DNA of 64,000 nucleotides from Gammaproteobacteria bacterium (GTDB lineage Bacteria; Pseudomonadota; Gammaproteobacteria; UBA4575): NCBI GenBank assembly GCA_965207475.1, contig OZ242278.1, positions 8,454 to 72,453 of the forward strand, read 5' to 3'. Shown piece by piece: positions 61,779 to 64,000 of this stretch (position 1 is its first letter; each line of letters starts with the position of its first letter). The notes under the pieces were generated by a model. It saw only the letters and a program-made list of their open reading frames with translations, ran no database searches and was not told where the DNA came from. The position numbers and the translations under genes were made by a program.

Positions 61779-62486
61779 ATGGTAGTGAGTACCTATTCAC
61801 AAAAACAGAGATTATTGGAAATGACTAAAATGCTGGTGTTTAGCTTGTTGTTTTGGGCATGCATGTCTCCGTATTTGGTTCAAGCTAGAGTACCCATGGA
61901 GCCTATAGCAGGCAATTCTTTTGCAGAAGACTTTAGCTTGAATTCTGTAGGGGGCACGAAGATCAGATTGAAAGATTTTCAGGGAAAGTTTGTACTACTG
62001 AATTTTTGGGCCACATGGTGCGCACCATGCAGAAATGAGATGCCTGCTTTGGATAATTTGCACAATGCAATGCGTCGCAATGGTCTGGAGGTGATAGGTG
62101 TGCATGTAGGTCCTAGCCTTGAGAGTGTTACAAAATTCCTGGATCAAGTACCTGTTGAATTCACTATCTTGATTGATCAGGATATGAGACTTGCAAACTG
62201 GGGGGTGTTGGGCTTGCCAACGACGTTTTTAGTTAATCCTGAGGGCCGGTTAGTCTACAAAGCTGTTGGTGAGCGGGAATGGGACTCACCAGCGATAAAA
62301 AAGTTTTTGACGAGAGTAATATCTGGTCATGCTCAGATAGTACATTCTCATCAGGATGCGTCAACTGAATCTTTCCTGAAACAGTTGAAAAGAGTCTTTA
62401 AACGGTTGTATCAAAAAACAGTTGGTCAGCTACTTACTGACATGGATCACAGGTTATTCTATCAGCCTTATAATCTTTCAGCCTGA
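61779..62486 (+). CDS. TlpA-family thiol:disulfide oxidoreductase
   Basis: LNFWATWCAPCRNEMP, GLPTTF. Confidence 0.9.
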   Translation: MVVSTYSQKQRLLEMTKMLVFSLLFWACMSPYLVQARVPMEPIAGNSFAEDFSLNSVGGTKIRLKDFQGKFVLLNFWATWCAPCRNEMPALDNLHNAMRRNGLEVIGVHVGPSLESVTKFLDQVPVEFTILIDQDMRLANWGVLGLPTTFLVNPEGRLVYKAVGEREWDSPAIKKFLTRVISGHAQIVHSHQDASTESFLKQLKRVFKRLYQKTVGQLLTDMDHRLFYQPYNLSA

Positions 62487-62513
62487 CAGAATAACCTGTA
62501 ATTCAGTAACGTC

Positions 62514-62786
62514 TTATTCAGCCGTGGTTGGGCTGATAACTGTTTTGATTTCAGCTATCTTATTTGCTGGGAATCCACCTTCTTCAGCATGCTTGCGAAT
62601 TTCATCTTCATTGGGCGCAATATAGGTACAGTATATCTTGTTATCTGTAACAAAACTTTCAACCCACTGAATCTGAGGACCCATTTCTCTTAAGATACTG
62701 CATGATTTCTGAGAAATACCCTTGAGGTCATCTGCCTGCAGATCTCCAGCTCCCGGGATTTCGCGTTCAATTATATATTTTGGCAT
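62514..62786 (-). CDS. DUF4242 family protein
   Basis: MPKYIIEREIPGAG, IQWVESFV, HAEEGGFPAN. Confidence 0.85.
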   Translation of the reverse strand: MPKYIIEREIPGAGDLQADDLKGISQKSCSILREMGPQIQWVESFVTDNKIYCTYIAPNEDEIRKHAEEGGFPANKIAEIKTVISPTTAE

Positions 62787-63568
62787 AGCAAATTTCTCCT
62801 AATTGCATAAACTAATACAGGCAAATTCACGCCTGCCGTTACAAACAAGCTATTTATCTTCTGTCAGGCATAGTAACAAATTTTACTGTAAAGGTTGCTG
62901 CCTGTGAAATCCCTGCCAATTTTCACCACTTATCCTGAACGTTTCAAATATAATCATGGTGGCGAATTTCGGAAATAGTGTCATACCAGATTGATAATCC
63001 CCAATTCAAAAGCATCCATTCCTTAGAATTGGGTAGTCGGATAACTTCTCTATTTTTTGGTCCGCAAGCTGGAATGTATTTGAAAGGAAATCTTCTTGAA
63101 AGACAGTTTGAGGTATGTCAGTCGGGTTTTACGGGTTCTGAGAGACTTAAAGCCGACAGAATCTGACATTATTTCAAATGCAGATTCATTGTAAACCATG
63201 TCTTCAATTGTTTATTGGCTAAGCCTAATAATAAATTTTAGTTCTGATCATTGATTCTGAGTGAAAAACAACCCATTCTGGTTATTCTAGTGATGAATTG
63301 GGTCTCTGCTTCTCTTGAAAGCCAGTTACAATGGTGACTGTAAGAGTAACTAGGTCGGAGCAGGTTTTCCTCACAAATTTTGTTTAATATACTCAAAAAT
63401 TTTGTTTAGTATGGTAATATCGAGGCGTCGAAGAGTTAGCACACACTACCGCCCAAGGAAGGATCTGGTAGGCTACAGGCAGTCTGATGCTAGATGGACC
63501 CTGACTGCAACTCCATTTTCTCTCGCCCCGACTCAATCGTAGCTATATTATTTCAGGGGTCAAATATT

Positions 63569-63913
63569 GTGGAAACGATGTTACTCGTACCTGGCCGATC
63601 TCAGAGTCAAGGGACATCCCTGAACAAAGGTAAGCTGAAGGATGAATATCTGGTAGTGACTGCGACTGCTGAATTGAATGAGAATGATATGCGTAGATTA
63701 AAACTTGTAGATGGTGACAAGATTCGGTTGGCGTCAGAAGTAGGACAGACAGTCGTGGCATGTAAAGCCAAGAAGCAGGACGATTTGCCTGAGGGAATGA
63801 TTTTTATTCCATATGGACCATCATCAAGCCAATTGATGGGATCAGACACGGCAGCATCAGGTATGCCCATGTCGAAACATATGGAGGTCAGTGTGGAAAA
63901 AGTAGAAAGTTAA
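63569..63913 (+). CDS. Molybdopterin dinucleotide-binding domain protein (FwdD/FmdD-like)
   Basis: LVPGRSQSQG, GMIFIPYGP.SS.L...T..SGMP.SK; start uncertain. Confidence 0.75.
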   Translation: METMLLVPGRSQSQGTSLNKGKLKDEYLVVTATAELNENDMRRLKLVDGDKIRLASEVGQTVVACKAKKQDDLPEGMIFIPYGPSSSQLMGSDTAASGMPMSKHMEVSVEKVES

Positions 63914-63938
63914 ACTGAGAATCGTGTCAGGAAAAGCT

Positions 63939-64000
63939 ATGCCAGAACCTAATCAACCAAGCCCTAAAGTAAAAAACAAAAATATCAAGATTGTGAAAGA
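63939..64000 (+). CDS. Start of next gene, possibly FwdB/FhcB (partial)
   Basis: MPEPNQPSPKVKNKNIKIVK...; call rests on context after FwdD-like gene only. Confidence 0.3.
   Translation, partial: MPEPNQPSPKVKNKNIKIVK

Overview
The window has two parts. (1) 1-41,224 is the right-hand part of an integrative conjugative element (ICE) of the PFGI-1/pKLC102 class. It starts with GC-rich conjugation genes (end of the transfer ATPase, TIGR03757/56/55-like genes, TraG-like). About 35 kb of mosaic cargo follows, then a P4-type tyrosine integrase and a 14-bp att copy resembling a tRNA-Ser 3' end just before ffs-dnaX. The cargo holds higBA; a complete type II-C CRISPR-Cas9 locus (29 repeats, cas2-cas1-cas9 of 1247 aa, tracrRNA); decayed defence genes; a MITE with related terminal-repeat copies; an alanine/glycine symporter; an IS1595 remnant; and an adaptation-only type I-C remnant (cas1-cas2, 9 repeats). 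The most unusual cargo is a TolC / PAS-fused adaptor / ABC ATPase / MacB-type permease operon surrounded by six genes or pseudogenes for small secreted Calx-beta-like proteins, two of them frameshifted at poly-G tracts. (2) 41,225-64,000 is AT-richer gammaproteobacterial core genome: ffs, dnaX, ybaB, recR, orn, nadB, rpoE-rseA-rseB-mucD-lepA, folP, an orphan HvfA-like Cys-repeat peptide, folD, a methanethiol oxidase cluster and the start of a probable fwd/fhc C1 operon. All family calls come from motif recognition by eye; no searches were run.
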